Shown: piece after piece, positions 21,628-31,248 of the stretch
How positions within the stretch are numbered: position 1 is the first letter of the stretch
How the letters are laid out: each line of letters starts with the position of its first letter
Origin: an uncultured Nitrospiraceae bacterium
GTDB lineage: Bacteria; Nitrospirota; Thermodesulfovibrionia; Thermodesulfovibrionales; Dissulfurispiraceae
Length of the DNA stretch: 64,000 nt
Direction of reading: 5' to 3'
Assembly (NCBI GenBank): GCA_963727805.1
Contig: CAVSHF010000005.1
Location: forward strand, 480,001 to 544,000
The notes under the pieces: model-generated
What the model was told of the DNA's origin: nothing
The model's input: only the letters and a program-made list of their open reading frames with translations
Database searches by the model: none
Program-made: the position numbers and the translations under genes

Positions 21628-23055
21628 CTATCGTTCGCCCATTACGGTCACCCAGTATGGGTTAGCATCAACGTCTAGTTCCGCGATTACCTTTCTGCTC
21701 GTAAGATTAATGATCTTGACCAGCCTCTTTTCAGGGACGACAACGCAGAGGGTGTTCTCGTCGTTATCTATTGTCATAGAGACAACCTCTCCCTCCACAG
21801 GGATGAAGTCGCCAGCAATGAGAGAAAAGGGATCATGAACCTCGATGTCCCTTCCTCCGGTCAGCCCGATATACAGTATATTCGTCTGCGGATCTACCTT
21901 GATCGCGCTTCCTCCAGTACCAAGATAAACCCTGTTGCTGAGTGAGTTCGAAGCCGGATCGCGTATTGTCAGATACGGTGATCGCTGATGGAGCACGTAA
22001 AGTTTGTCTTCCCTGCTGCTGAACTGTCCGATAATGGGACCCGGTTCAGTGCGAATTGTTTGGACTGCCTGGGCAGTGACGGCACGACCGGACAGGAATG
22101 CAGAAAGGTTAATTACCGAAATGGTGTTGGAAAGAGAATTGAACACATAAGCCCTGCTCCCAGTCCTGTTGATGAGTATCGAATGAGACCCTTCTCCGAC
22201 GGGTACCCTCGCTATTGCGACCAGCGAGTTTGTATTGATAATGCTCACTGTCTGTGAGCCCTTGTTCACCGTAAGCAAAAACTTCCTGTCGGCGGTGAGC
22301 GCCAATTCACCGGGGCCGTCCCCTCCATTGAGAAATATTCTGTCGACAATCGTGCCTGACAAGAGGTCGATGATACCGACTGTGTCATCACCCTCAAACG
22401 CAACATAGGCCTTGCGCAAAGTCTGGTCCAGTGCTATACCCCTCGGCTGCTGACCTGTGGCAATGATCCCTTTCACGAGCCCTGACTGTTTGTCAAAAAC
22501 TGTAATAGTATTGGCCCCACTGTTGGATACATACCCGATAAGATTAGCCATCGTTGTACTTGGGATGGAAACAGTGAATACCGGCCTGAAACTGTAGTTC
22601 TCCTGCACCGCCTTGGCATGCTGATAGACAAGGCTGAGGAGAAGGGCCCTTTTCCTGGTCACTTCAAAGAGGAATTCGTTCTTCTGAGGCTCAGACGGCA
22701 CAAGAAGTGCCGCCTCACCCTCATCCGCAGTTACTTTCGCACTCTTCGCCTTTACGGAAAGGCCTGTATATTGACCTGGAGGAAGCTGGCCCGAGGCAAA
22801 GAAACGTTGTCTCTTGAGACTGCTTCCTTTCAGCGTTGCAAACGAAAGAGTAAGGGGAAACTCCTTGCCGTCAATGCGCGTCGCCGTAATGCTCTCGATT
22901 TCGATGGTAACCCTGTCTGCTTCCTGGGAGAAGGGCTGCAGATATACGAAGACCTCGCCATCATTTTCGAGCACCGGTTTCACCTGAGCTTTTATCACCT
23001 CACAGCCTGTGGTAAAGAGGAAGAAACAAAGTACAATGACGAGTGACCTTTTCAC
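21628..23055 (-). CDS. Lipoprotein with YVTN/YncE beta-propeller (OscD-like)
   Basis: TTG-C lipobox; YVSNSGANTITVFD, AYVFNSLSNTISVI repeats. Confidence 0.82.
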   Translation of the reverse strand: MKRSLVIVLCFFLFTTGCEVIKAQVKPVLENDGEVFVYLQPFSQEADRVTIEIESITATRIDGKEFPLTLSFATLKGSSLKRQRFFASGQLPPGQYTGLSVKAKSAKVTADEGEAALLVPSEPQKNEFLFEVTRKRALLLSLVYQHAKAVQENYSFRPVFTVSIPSTTMANLIGYVSNSGANTITVFDKQSGLVKGIIATGQQPRGIALDQTLRKAYVAFEGDDTVGIIDLLSGTIVDRIFLNGGDGPGELALTADRKFLLTVNKGSQTVSIINTNSLVAIARVPVGEGSHSILINRTGSRAYVFNSLSNTISVINLSAFLSGRAVTAQAVQTIRTEPGPIIGQFSSREDKLYVLHQRSPYLTIRDPASNSLSNRVYLGTGGSAIKVDPQTNILYIGLTGGRDIEVHDPFSLIAGDFIPVEGEVVSMTIDNDENTLCVVVPEKRLVKIINLTSRKVIAELDVDANPYWVTVMGER

Positions 23056-23433
23056 CCTTTATACCCCCCATTTTGAGAGATGGTAGATGCAATACTGTAA
23101 TCGTACCGCTGCCTGACTGTCGCCGCCATTGCAGCGGTAAACAAGAAGTTGTTAGAAGGCAACTGCCTTCAGATCAAGACCCCCGGAATGATAAAATTCA
23201 CCCAATACATATAGTAAACTCAGAACAGCAATAATTCAATATAGAAGCTGGAACTGATGCACGGAATCCGCTATGTGCTTCTCATTGTACCAATATGTCC
23301 TTTGGAAGGCAAGATATAACAGATATATCAGATATATCAGATGAAACAATATTTTGAGCTATCAATATCTTCTAAAAACGTGACAAAAGCCGATAATTCA
23401 TTAATTGCTATCGAGAAGACTGTGTTCATAAGG

Positions 23434-23470
23434 CAATATGGCGCCGGTCTCTCTGACCGGCGCCATATTG
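23434..23470. terminator. Perfect 16-bp hairpin just downstream of the omcS-like gene
   Basis: CAATATGGCGCCGGTC-tctct-GACCGGCGCCATATTG; no U-tract on the minus strand. Confidence 0.6.
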
Positions 23471-23503
23471 AATGCTCAAGGCGTCTATACTTTGTCTGCT
23501 AAA

Positions 23504-24910
23504 TTAGTCTTTCGCGTGGCACTTGTTGCAAAGTACGCGCTGATTCGCTGCAAATACACTTGACGGCCTGCCGTCCATTGCGTTTTTGTACTGTGCGCTG
23601 GAATATAATACTCCGCGTTGCCCCGGCGTAAGGTCATTACTTAGGTAGCTACCAGCTATCGTCGTCAGCTCGTCAGCAGCATCAAATCTGGTCATATTCG
23701 CCCATGCTGAGGCATGAGCCTTATGGCAGGAAAGACACGACACACTTTGAGAGCCGGTGACGGCTGGAGCGTTGTTGACAGTGGTGGCAGTTCCAGCAGC
23801 CAAGGCTACTAAGGATACGCCTTCTACGGGAACCAATGATGAGTAAAGATTGGTGCCGGTCAAGTTGCCGGAGTATACATAGGCGTTATAATTAGAAGCG
23901 AGGGTGTTAGTGCCGGCGGTGGCGACCCCCAGTAATGCAGTGCCGTCAGAGGTGCCGGCAGGGTGAATAAAGCTGCCCATTCCGCCTTTTATGTTGGTGT
24001 GACAGTTCTGGCACCATTCAGACATACCCTTGCCATATTGAACCACAACCTCCGTAGCAGCAGGCTGACCAGCCGTGATACCGAAGGTAGTGGCCACTAT
24101 GTCATAGTTGGTGGGTGCTATCGCAGTAGGGGAATCTTTGGCAAATGCATATGAGCTGCCGACAGACGCCGGTGCATACCCTGCGCCTGCAAGCAGCCTG
24201 TAAACGCCAACCGCAGAGCCTGTTGGTGCCAAAACACCATAGGACCCGGAACCATTAGTAGAAGAGGTTGTACCACCGGTGAATCCGCTTGTAAAGACGG
24301 TGCTCTTGATGTCACTTGTCTGCGTCGGATCTCCAGTAGTATGTCTGTATGTGCCGTGAGGGTCATGGCAGCTCGAGCAATGCAGGTTTGCCTGCGGATA
24401 GCTTCCGCCCGGTGCGGTCTGGAGCGTGATAGCATAACCGGCAGACGATCCCAAACCCCAGTCAGCCGCATTGATGTTGTGGCCGCGACGGCTCTTATCA
24501 TAGGATGAAGTCGCAGAAGCAGGAGTTGCCAGCAGCCAGCCGAAATCACCGCCGGGGGTAAAATGGGTCGGAAGGCCGGTTGTAACTGCATCAGGTGACA
24601 TAATATGATAACCTGAGCCAGGGGTTTCGGCATTGGCGTGGCAGTTCAGACAGGTAGAACTCTGGTCACTGCCCTGAAGCAGAAAAGCGTTACCCGAAAA
24701 CTGCGCCGAGGCTCCTTTATAGCTGAAGCCTGTCTGGGCTTTTACCCCGTGGCCTCCCATAACGCCTGTGGTACCGCTTGCATTGTGCATGGTATGGCAG
24801 CTGTCGCAAGTGGCGACACCGCCATCGTGAAAAGCATAGGAAATGCCGCTTAACCCGAGAGTCACCATCGCTGCTGCCATGATAACCATTAAAACTTTTG
24901 TTGCTTTCAT
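23504..24910 (-). CDS. omcS: OmcS-family hexaheme outer-surface cytochrome (nanowire subunit homolog)
   Basis: Mature N-terminus FHDGGVATCDSCHTMHN; TPGGDFGWL, APGGSYP..LHCSSCHDPHG, GMSEWCQNCH; C-terminus LCNKCHAKD; 6 CxxCH; AAGGAGG before ATG 24910. Confidence 0.9.
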   Translation of the reverse strand: MKATKVLMVIMAAAMVTLGLSGISYAFHDGGVATCDSCHTMHNASGTTGVMGGHGVKAQTGFSYKGASAQFSGNAFLLQGSDQSSTCLNCHANAETPGSGYHIMSPDAVTTGLPTHFTPGGDFGWLLATPASATSSYDKSRRGHNINAADWGLGSSAGYAITLQTAPGGSYPQANLHCSSCHDPHGTYRHTTGDPTQTSDIKSTVFTSGFTGGTTSSTNGSGSYGVLAPTGSAVGVYRLLAGAGYAPASVGSSYAFAKDSPTAIAPTNYDIVATTFGITAGQPAATEVVVQYGKGMSEWCQNCHTNIKGGMGSFIHPAGTSDGTALLGVATAGTNTLASNYNAYVYSGNLTGTNLYSSLVPVEGVSLVALAAGTATTVNNAPAVTGSQSVSCLSCHKAHASAWANMTRFDAADELTTIAGSYLSNDLTPGQRGVLYSSAQYKNAMDGRPSSVFAANQRVLCNKCHAKD

Positions 24911-25050
24911 CGAAGTCCTCCTTTTTTTTTGTTGCAGATTATTATTTCTTGTGAGTCGGCAAAACAACTTCTTAAGATGCTCATTGTTCAGTGTTTGCTT
25001 GGCTTATCCCGTCCGTCACCTCCTGATAAACTGAAATTGCTTTGCCTGCT

Positions 25051-25066
25051 AGCAATCACAGTACCG
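25051..25066 (-). promoter_or_regulatory. sigma54 promoter of the omcS-like gene
   Basis: Minus strand CGGTACTGTGATTGCT (GG-N10-GC). Confidence 0.6.
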
Positions 25067-25082
25067 TGTATTTTCATGTGCA

Positions 25083-26048
25083 TTATTGATCAAAGTTCAC
25101 GGCGAAAACGCTGACACCGCGCCCTCTCAATTGACTTACATAAACCTTGCCGTTGTTATCCACCGCCAGGTCATTGGGGACGATCAGGTTATCCGTGTTG
25201 AACCCCCTATACCCGAACTCCGTCTTGAAGTTATAGTCCCGGTCAAAGACTATGACTGCGCATTTGAGCTTGTCAGTTACATAAATATTCCCCTTGTTAT
25301 CCTCGGCAATCCCGGAAACAATGTTGAATTTCCCGGGAGAACTGCCGCGCTTGCCGAAAGATGTCAACGTGCCGTCGGGAGACACTATGTAAACACTGAA
25401 CATAGAGGGCATCGTGAAGAGGATCCTACCGCCATTGTCAACCGTGAGACCGAAGATGCCCGTATTGGACTGAATTTTTTTCTCGTCGAATTTAATCAAC
25501 GCTGCAAGATCGTAGCCGGCCTGGAAAATACCGTTTGAGTCGGTTACGGCAACCTTCATCTTTGAATCGCTTGCAAGGTAAAGGCGGCCGTTTTTATAAA
25601 AAAGTCGGTTGGGAAAAAAGTCGGATGCCATTTTCGGCGGGAAGCCCTTGAATTCGGTCCTTGAAACAAATTCACCGCGGTAGTTGCACTTCGTCAGTGT
25701 CGGCTGAGAGCCGGGGTTCTGATAATTAAGGAGGAGGAAATTGCCTTCATTATCTACCACGAAATCGACAACGTTACCAAACTGACCTGTGTCGAAATCA
25801 AAGATCTGCATCCCGAACTTGTTAAAAATCACTATGGACTGCGTTACCGGATCGGCGACCGAGACTTCTCCAGTAGCATCGTCAATACTCATCCGCACCC
25901 AGTTAAATGGTGCAATCCCGTCAAAATTGGAAAGACTATAAAGATATGAGGCCTTTGCTGCCAGAACATCCACCGGCATCAACGCTATTGTCATGATGAG
26001 CGCTAACGCCAAGGTTAGAAGAGTATTGTTTAGTCGCTTTCTTTCCAT
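25083..26048 (-). CDS. Exported NHL-repeat beta-propeller upstream of omcS
   Basis: FGKRGSSPGKF..GIAED..GNIYVTD, PNDLAVD..VYVSQ. Confidence 0.88.
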   Translation of the reverse strand: MERKRLNNTLLTLALALIMTIALMPVDVLAAKASYLYSLSNFDGIAPFNWVRMSIDDATGEVSVADPVTQSIVIFNKFGMQIFDFDTGQFGNVVDFVVDNEGNFLLLNYQNPGSQPTLTKCNYRGEFVSRTEFKGFPPKMASDFFPNRLFYKNGRLYLASDSKMKVAVTDSNGIFQAGYDLAALIKFDEKKIQSNTGIFGLTVDNGGRILFTMPSMFSVYIVSPDGTLTSFGKRGSSPGKFNIVSGIAEDNKGNIYVTDKLKCAVIVFDRDYNFKTEFGYRGFNTDNLIVPNDLAVDNNGKVYVSQLRGRGVSVFAVNFDQ

Positions 26049-26062
26049 GATAAAAAAGATAA

Positions 26063-26078
26063 AGCAATGTTTGTACCA
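26063..26078 (-). promoter_or_regulatory. sigma54 promoter
   Basis: Minus strand TGGTACAAACATTGCT; -12 C is 16 nt before ATG 26048. Confidence 0.65.
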
Positions 26079-26346
26079 GCTCGCATTAATCTTTCATATC
26101 ATTGATATTTCACGATTAATATCACATTGCACGTGCGCCATGCCCATCGAGCCGGTGTATGCACCAAGTCCGGTCAGCGGTTTCACCAGATAGCAATCAA
26201 GGGTTTTGAAGCCGGCATTGTTGCTTGTCGATGATAATAAATTGCCCGGCTGCGATGAAATCTATTCGCGTGGATTATATGGCTAAAAGAGGCAGCTGAT
26301 AATTAAAGAGGGTTACCGTCAGAAGGGTCGTAGCATTATGGATCTG

Positions 26347-26829
26347 TCAAGGATGGAATGTTACTCTTATCGGCACTCCTGTCAATTCTCTTGGTGGGAG
26401 CCCAAAAGGTGCAGCAGCATCTACTGCCTGCAATGCCGTCGCGTCGAAACTGGAATTGCCGGATCTTTTCTCCAGATTCTTCCCGCTAACATTTCCATCT
26501 CTAGAAATCTTGAACGTGATAACTGCAGAGAGGTCTTTGTAGATACCACTCGGCAAGATAAAGTGCGCTGCGATTTTGCCCTCAACACCAGACATATAAT
26601 CAGGCTTAACTTGTCCACTATCAGGCGATAATAGTAGTCGTCCAGCAGTATTACCTGATGCTCGTTTCGATGTTTGGTCACATGCATTGTTTCTAATTCC
26701 TGAGCTGCATACGTGCAAAATTCTATTAGTGAATTTAGTGTTTGCCACATCTTCTGCGGAAAGCATTCCAATAAAAAGATATAATGGAAGGATGAGTAGA
26801 ACTACATATGAACAATTTTTACATTTCAT
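26347..26829 (-). CDS. TonB/TolA C-terminal-domain protein
   Basis: N-terminal TM; FKISRDGNV...SGNSSFDATALQAVDAAAPF. Confidence 0.7.
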   Translation of the reverse strand: MKCKNCSYVVLLILPLYLFIGMLSAEDVANTKFTNRILHVCSSGIRNNACDQTSKRASGNTAGRLLLSPDSGQVKPDYMSGVEGKIAAHFILPSGIYKDLSAVITFKISRDGNVSGKNLEKRSGNSSFDATALQAVDAAAPFGLPPRELTGVPIRVTFHP

Positions 26830-27183
26830 AACAGTCTCTTCACTTTGGCATTTTATTAATGAGTTAATATATTTATAACATATTATAAGCAGTTTTTAAA
26901 AATACATACGACTTCGTCGGACTAGAAAGGCTTAAAGCGTATCGCAATCAATGCGGTCCACTTGGGCCAGATGTCGATGCATCCAATAGTTGCAAACACG
27001 CGATTGCAAGGCGATGTGGTCGGGAGGGGATGCCGAGCCAACTCCAAGTTACCCTCCCCCTATCCGTGAGATGTTGGTGCAGACATTAACGGAGATAAAC
27101 GGTTTTTTTGTAGAGATCAAAGGGTTGAGCATAAATTGACAAATTTCCCTAGAATGCGGGATATTATCCCAAACAGATAATCC

Positions 27184-28137
27184 ATGGGAATAAGTTCTAT
27201 GAGTACCCAGAAGGTAGCCGTTGTAATACCCGCATACAGGGTAGCCGATCACATCGAGGATGTAATTTCGTCGATTCCGGAGAATATTGATTTCATCATC
27301 GTTGTGGATGACAAATGTCCACATGCCTCCGGGAAAAAAGCTGAAGGACTGAACAGAGGTAATGTTGTCGTGCTCTACCATGAACGGAATGAAGGCGTGG
27401 GAGGAGCCGTCATTACCGGCTATAGAAAAGCCATCGAACTGGGCTGTGATATTATAGTAAAAATAGATGGTGATGGCCAGATGGACCCGGCTCATATCGA
27501 CGACTTTATGGAAATATTGCTGAAGGATGATGCAGACTATGCCAAAGGCAACCGCTTCAGGGATTTCAAAAGGCTCAAGCATATGCCCAAAGCGAGACTT
27601 TTGGGCAATAGTACTCTTTCGTTCCTCGTAAAGGCTGCGTCTGGGTATTGGAATATTATGGACCCCACGAACGGCTTCACTGCGATACAAAGCAAAGTCC
27701 TCAGCGATATCAGCATGGATAAGCTGTCGAAGCGCTTTTTCTTTGAGTGTGACATGCTGATTAATCTCAATATCGCCAACGCAGTTGTCACGGATATCAG
27801 TATACCGGCGCAATACGGAGAGGAAAAGAGTTCCCTCAAGATCAGAAGAATTCTGTTTCAGTTCCCACCACAACTCTTGAAGGGTTTTGTTAAACGGATA
27901 TTCCTCAAATATTTCGTCTATGATTTCAACATGGCCTCAGTATACCTGCTCATCGGCCTGCCTGTCTTCATCTTCGGTCTATATTTCGGAGTAAGCGAAT
28001 GGATTGATACCATCATTACAGGAAAGGCGCGGTCCGCTGGAACGATTATGCTCGCAGCTTTACCCATTATTGTCTCCTTTCAGATGCTTCTGCAAGCGAT
28101 AAACATCGATATCCAATCGACGCCGAAGAAAAAATAG
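27184..28137 (+). CDS. Glycosyltransferase family 2 (polyprenol-phosphate glycosyltransferase-like)
   Basis: VVIPAY, VVDD, NEGVGGA, KIDGDGQMD, DPTNGF; two C-terminal TMs. Confidence 0.9.
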   Translation: MGISSMSTQKVAVVIPAYRVADHIEDVISSIPENIDFIIVVDDKCPHASGKKAEGLNRGNVVVLYHERNEGVGGAVITGYRKAIELGCDIIVKIDGDGQMDPAHIDDFMEILLKDDADYAKGNRFRDFKRLKHMPKARLLGNSTLSFLVKAASGYWNIMDPTNGFTAIQSKVLSDISMDKLSKRFFFECDMLINLNIANAVVTDISIPAQYGEEKSSLKIRRILFQFPPQLLKGFVKRIFLKYFVYDFNMASVYLLIGLPVFIFGLYFGVSEWIDTIITGKARSAGTIMLAALPIIVSFQMLLQAINIDIQSTPKKK

Positions 28138-28239
28138 AACCATGTCCGCAGCAATCTCGGGGATTCCCTAATGCAGACCGGGAGGGAGGCAATCATGGTT
28201 GCGGAATAGTAATCCGTCATCAACTTTTCGCCGCCTTTG

Positions 28240-28915
28240 AAGCAATTCCCTTTTGCGTTTGGTCCTTGGGAGAAGGACGCAAAAAGTGAGACGCGCCTTT
28301 ACCATTCGTCACGCCTGCCGCAGGTCAAACTTTACAAAGGGAAAGAGGCTTTTGAACGCGTGAACGAAAATGGAAAGCAACAGAAGTATAGGGGGAATGG
28401 CGAATTTCGTAATTCGTGATGATATTAAGAAGCGCGTTCCTCGTATCGTAAAAGATACGCACGGGCGTATGGCGGCATGCTCCAGAATAGTCTCCAAACT
28501 TGTGAGAGACGAAGTGTGGGGGAGTATAAACCATCTATTGCCCGAACAGCCGGTATCTCCAACACAGATCAATGTCCTCAAAGTACATGAAATAATCCTA
28601 ATCAAAACCGCCGAAGCCAAGGGAATCATACCTGAGCACCATCATTGCGGCACGCACTCCGCCTAGCTCGTCCGGCAATTTGTATTTTCCCGAATCTTTG
28701 TCTAGAAATTAGATACCATAGACACCGCCATTGAACGTAATGACACTACCGACGGAGTTTATGATTCCAGTCGTGCAGAACATAAGGATCTTGCTCCCAA
28801 TAATCTCCACAGCTGCTTGTCCCTCAATGGCATCCGAGGAGTCCGTTCAACCATTCGGGAGTAACGACGGTATCGTTGTTGAAAAAAACGATATGAGATG
28901 CAGTCGCGGCAGGTC
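28240..28915 (-). pseudogene. Glycosyltransferase family 2 pseudogene
   Basis: Manual translation: IVFFNNDTVVTPEWL / IIGSKIL / GGFD*DYFMYFEDIDLCWR...*MVYTP; several stops and a frameshift. Confidence 0.8.
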
Positions 28916-29188
28916 GCTTCATCGACGAAGTGTACACGAGCAGGAAGTCAAGATTTGAGTCTAGAGTCAGTCCCAAAAGCTATAGTTGAAGGTGTGAAGG
29001 CCTCTGATACTCCCATATGTCTTCTTCCTTCACCCGCACGCTCTTCACCAGGCTGCAGATAAAGAAGAAGATCTTCAAGCTGTAGACGACAGAGAAGAAC
29101 TGGATTCTATCGACAAGAAATTACATGATCAATGCCACTCCCAACAACTGCAACCTCTTATCAATCATGGTTGGAAATTCAAATCACG

Positions 29189-29986
29189 TTACGGCTTGAT
29201 CCATCGATATATTATGCTGGTGCGTAGTCTCAATAGTCGGTGCAGCATCAGTGCACAGCGCCCTTTCATGCCGAAGCTGCCGGCATGCTCCCGGGCGGTG
29301 GTGTATGCCGCGTCTAACTGTTCCTCTGTCTGCCTGCTCCCCTTGGCTGCCCCATGAACCCGAAAATCGGCCAGTTCATCAGTAAGAACATACGGTTCAG
29401 CGATGAAGGCAAAGCGCAGCCAGAGATCATAGTCCATGTCGAGGTGTTTTTCGAGATTTAAACCGCCAGCCTGCTCCCACATCGGCCTGTTCCAGAAGAC
29501 TGACATCTGGGGGATGAAGTCCTCGGTCAGCAACTTCGCTGAAGAGAAACGCTTCCCCCGCCAGTTCTTATAACTAATTATAAAGCTCAGGATGGGCCGT
29601 CCCTCGGCGTTGATGATCCCAGCACGGCCGTAGAGCCATGCCGGTTCTTCCCTTTGTAGGAGGGGAACCACCTTGGCGAGGGCGCCGGTCCTCAGCCGGT
29701 CGTCGGAATTGAGCCACCCCAGGACATGTCCACTGATCAGGGCCATGCCACGGTTCACCGCATCCGACTGACCAGCGTCGCGGGCAAAATGCAAAATCAG
29801 TTTTGCACCGTATTCGGACTTCAGATACTGCAGTAAATCGCGAGAGCCGTCGGTCGAGCCGGGGTCCATCACTATCAGCTCCACATCGACCCCACGTTGG
29901 TCGAGAACCGAGCGCACCGCCTCCTCCAGATAGGCGGCCTGCTGGTAGGAGGGCATGACGATTGAAATAAGTGGCTTTTTTTCCAT
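29189..29986 (-). CDS. Glycosyltransferase family 2
   Basis: ISIVMPSYQQ, DPGSTDG, GQSDAVN, WLNSDD, MDYDLWLR. Confidence 0.92.
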   Translation of the reverse strand: MEKKPLISIVMPSYQQAAYLEEAVRSVLDQRGVDVELIVMDPGSTDGSRDLLQYLKSEYGAKLILHFARDAGQSDAVNRGMALISGHVLGWLNSDDRLRTGALAKVVPLLQREEPAWLYGRAGIINAEGRPILSFIISYKNWRGKRFSSAKLLTEDFIPQMSVFWNRPMWEQAGGLNLEKHLDMDYDLWLRFAFIAEPYVLTDELADFRVHGAAKGSRQTEEQLDAAYTTAREHAGSFGMKGRCALMLHRLLRLRTSIIYRWIKP

Positions 29987-30006
29987 AGTTCCATCAGAAC
30001 AGTGCG

Positions 30007-31230
30007 TCAGCTGGGCTTCCCGCAGAGTTCACCAATGAGCTCCAAGAGCGGCCGCAGGGTCACTTCCCACTCGAATTTGCGGGCTTGCTCCGCCACCCGG
30101 TCGAAATAGGAAGGGTTTGCCTCCAACTCCGTGAGGAATGAACTGATCGTCTCGATCCATGCCCCTTCTTCGAGGGAATCAACAAGTCGACCGCAAGCGT
30201 CGTTGATGAATTCCCGCGGCCCGCCGCTATTGTGGGAGACGACCGGCGTGCCGCAGGCGATCGCCTCAAGCGGCGCCATGCCGAACGGCTCCCCCACGCT
30301 CCCGTGGAGAAAAAGCATTGAACGGCGGTGGAGTTTCACTAACTCATCATTGCCGAGGGCTCCGTGGAACAGCACTCGTGAAGCGACTCCCAGCACCCCG
30401 GCAAGAGCCCGCAAGGCCCACTCGTCCTCACCCTGGCCAACGATGTGGTATACCATGTGCGGATGGCGCCGCAACACCCGTGCGAACACCCGCAGCAGGA
30501 AATCAACCCGTTTGAAGCGGCTGAGCTTCGCGACGGTGATAATTTCCCAACTCTTTTCCCTCAGCTCCCCCATTTGGAAAACGTTGAAATCTATAGCTGG
30601 ATAGGCTACGGCAGCGGGTTTCACGCCATACACCGACTCAACCTGGCTGGCGGTGAACAGGCTGTTCGCCGCCACCATATCGCAGAAACGGCTTAGGTAA
30701 CGGTCCACCGCTGAGAGGAGTGGCCGCAGCATGACGGCCAGGTATCGCTTCCAGAATGGCTCAAGGGCCGCAATCCAGTTCCGGGAGTGGATGAAGGCGC
30801 TCGGTTCGTGGCAGACCCACAGGAGCCTCGTTCCGCGGTGGCGCATCTTGTAAAGCCACCCCCACCAGTTGGCCGGAAAGATCTGGGGAAGGAGCACATC
30901 GGGGTGCCACACCGCGATCCGCCGGCTAATCCTGGTCTGCCAGAACGGGAAGAGCGTCCAGTACTCCATGCTAGACGTCACCGGCCCGTCGAGGGAGAGC
31001 ATCTCCACCCCCTGCGGTAGCGCGAACTTGGCCGAGTCGAGCCGCATAGTGAGGACACCAACAGTGGCGCCATGTTCTGCTAAGATCTCGGCCATCTTGA
31101 GCGCGTAATTTCCCGCCCCTCCTGGTGTGGTGAAATGGGGGAAGAGGATGAGCACGCGTTTCCCCGTCAGGGCCATGCCGTTATCGTTCGACAAATTGTT
31201 CACAGGACGCGTTCCCGCTGCGCGAAACAT
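30007..31230 (-). CDS. Glycosyltransferase family 4
   Basis: GGAG, EPFGMAPLEAIACGTPVV (EX7E); start may be later. Confidence 0.9.
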   Translation of the reverse strand: MFRAAGTRPVNNLSNDNGMALTGKRVLILFPHFTTPGGAGNYALKMAEILAEHGATVGVLTMRLDSAKFALPQGVEMLSLDGPVTSSMEYWTLFPFWQTRISRRIAVWHPDVLLPQIFPANWWGWLYKMRHRGTRLLWVCHEPSAFIHSRNWIAALEPFWKRYLAVMLRPLLSAVDRYLSRFCDMVAANSLFTASQVESVYGVKPAAVAYPAIDFNVFQMGELREKSWEIITVAKLSRFKRVDFLLRVFARVLRRHPHMVYHIVGQGEDEWALRALAGVLGVASRVLFHGALGNDELVKLHRRSMLFLHGSVGEPFGMAPLEAIACGTPVVSHNSGGPREFINDACGRLVDSLEEGAWIETISSFLTELEANPSYFDRVAEQARKFEWEVTLRPLLELIGELCGKPS

Positions 31231-31248
31231 TGTGTATCATCATCCATA

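Noticed and set aside
27049..27873. 274-aa minus-strand ORF
   Set aside because: Antisense to a clear GT2 gene; no motifs
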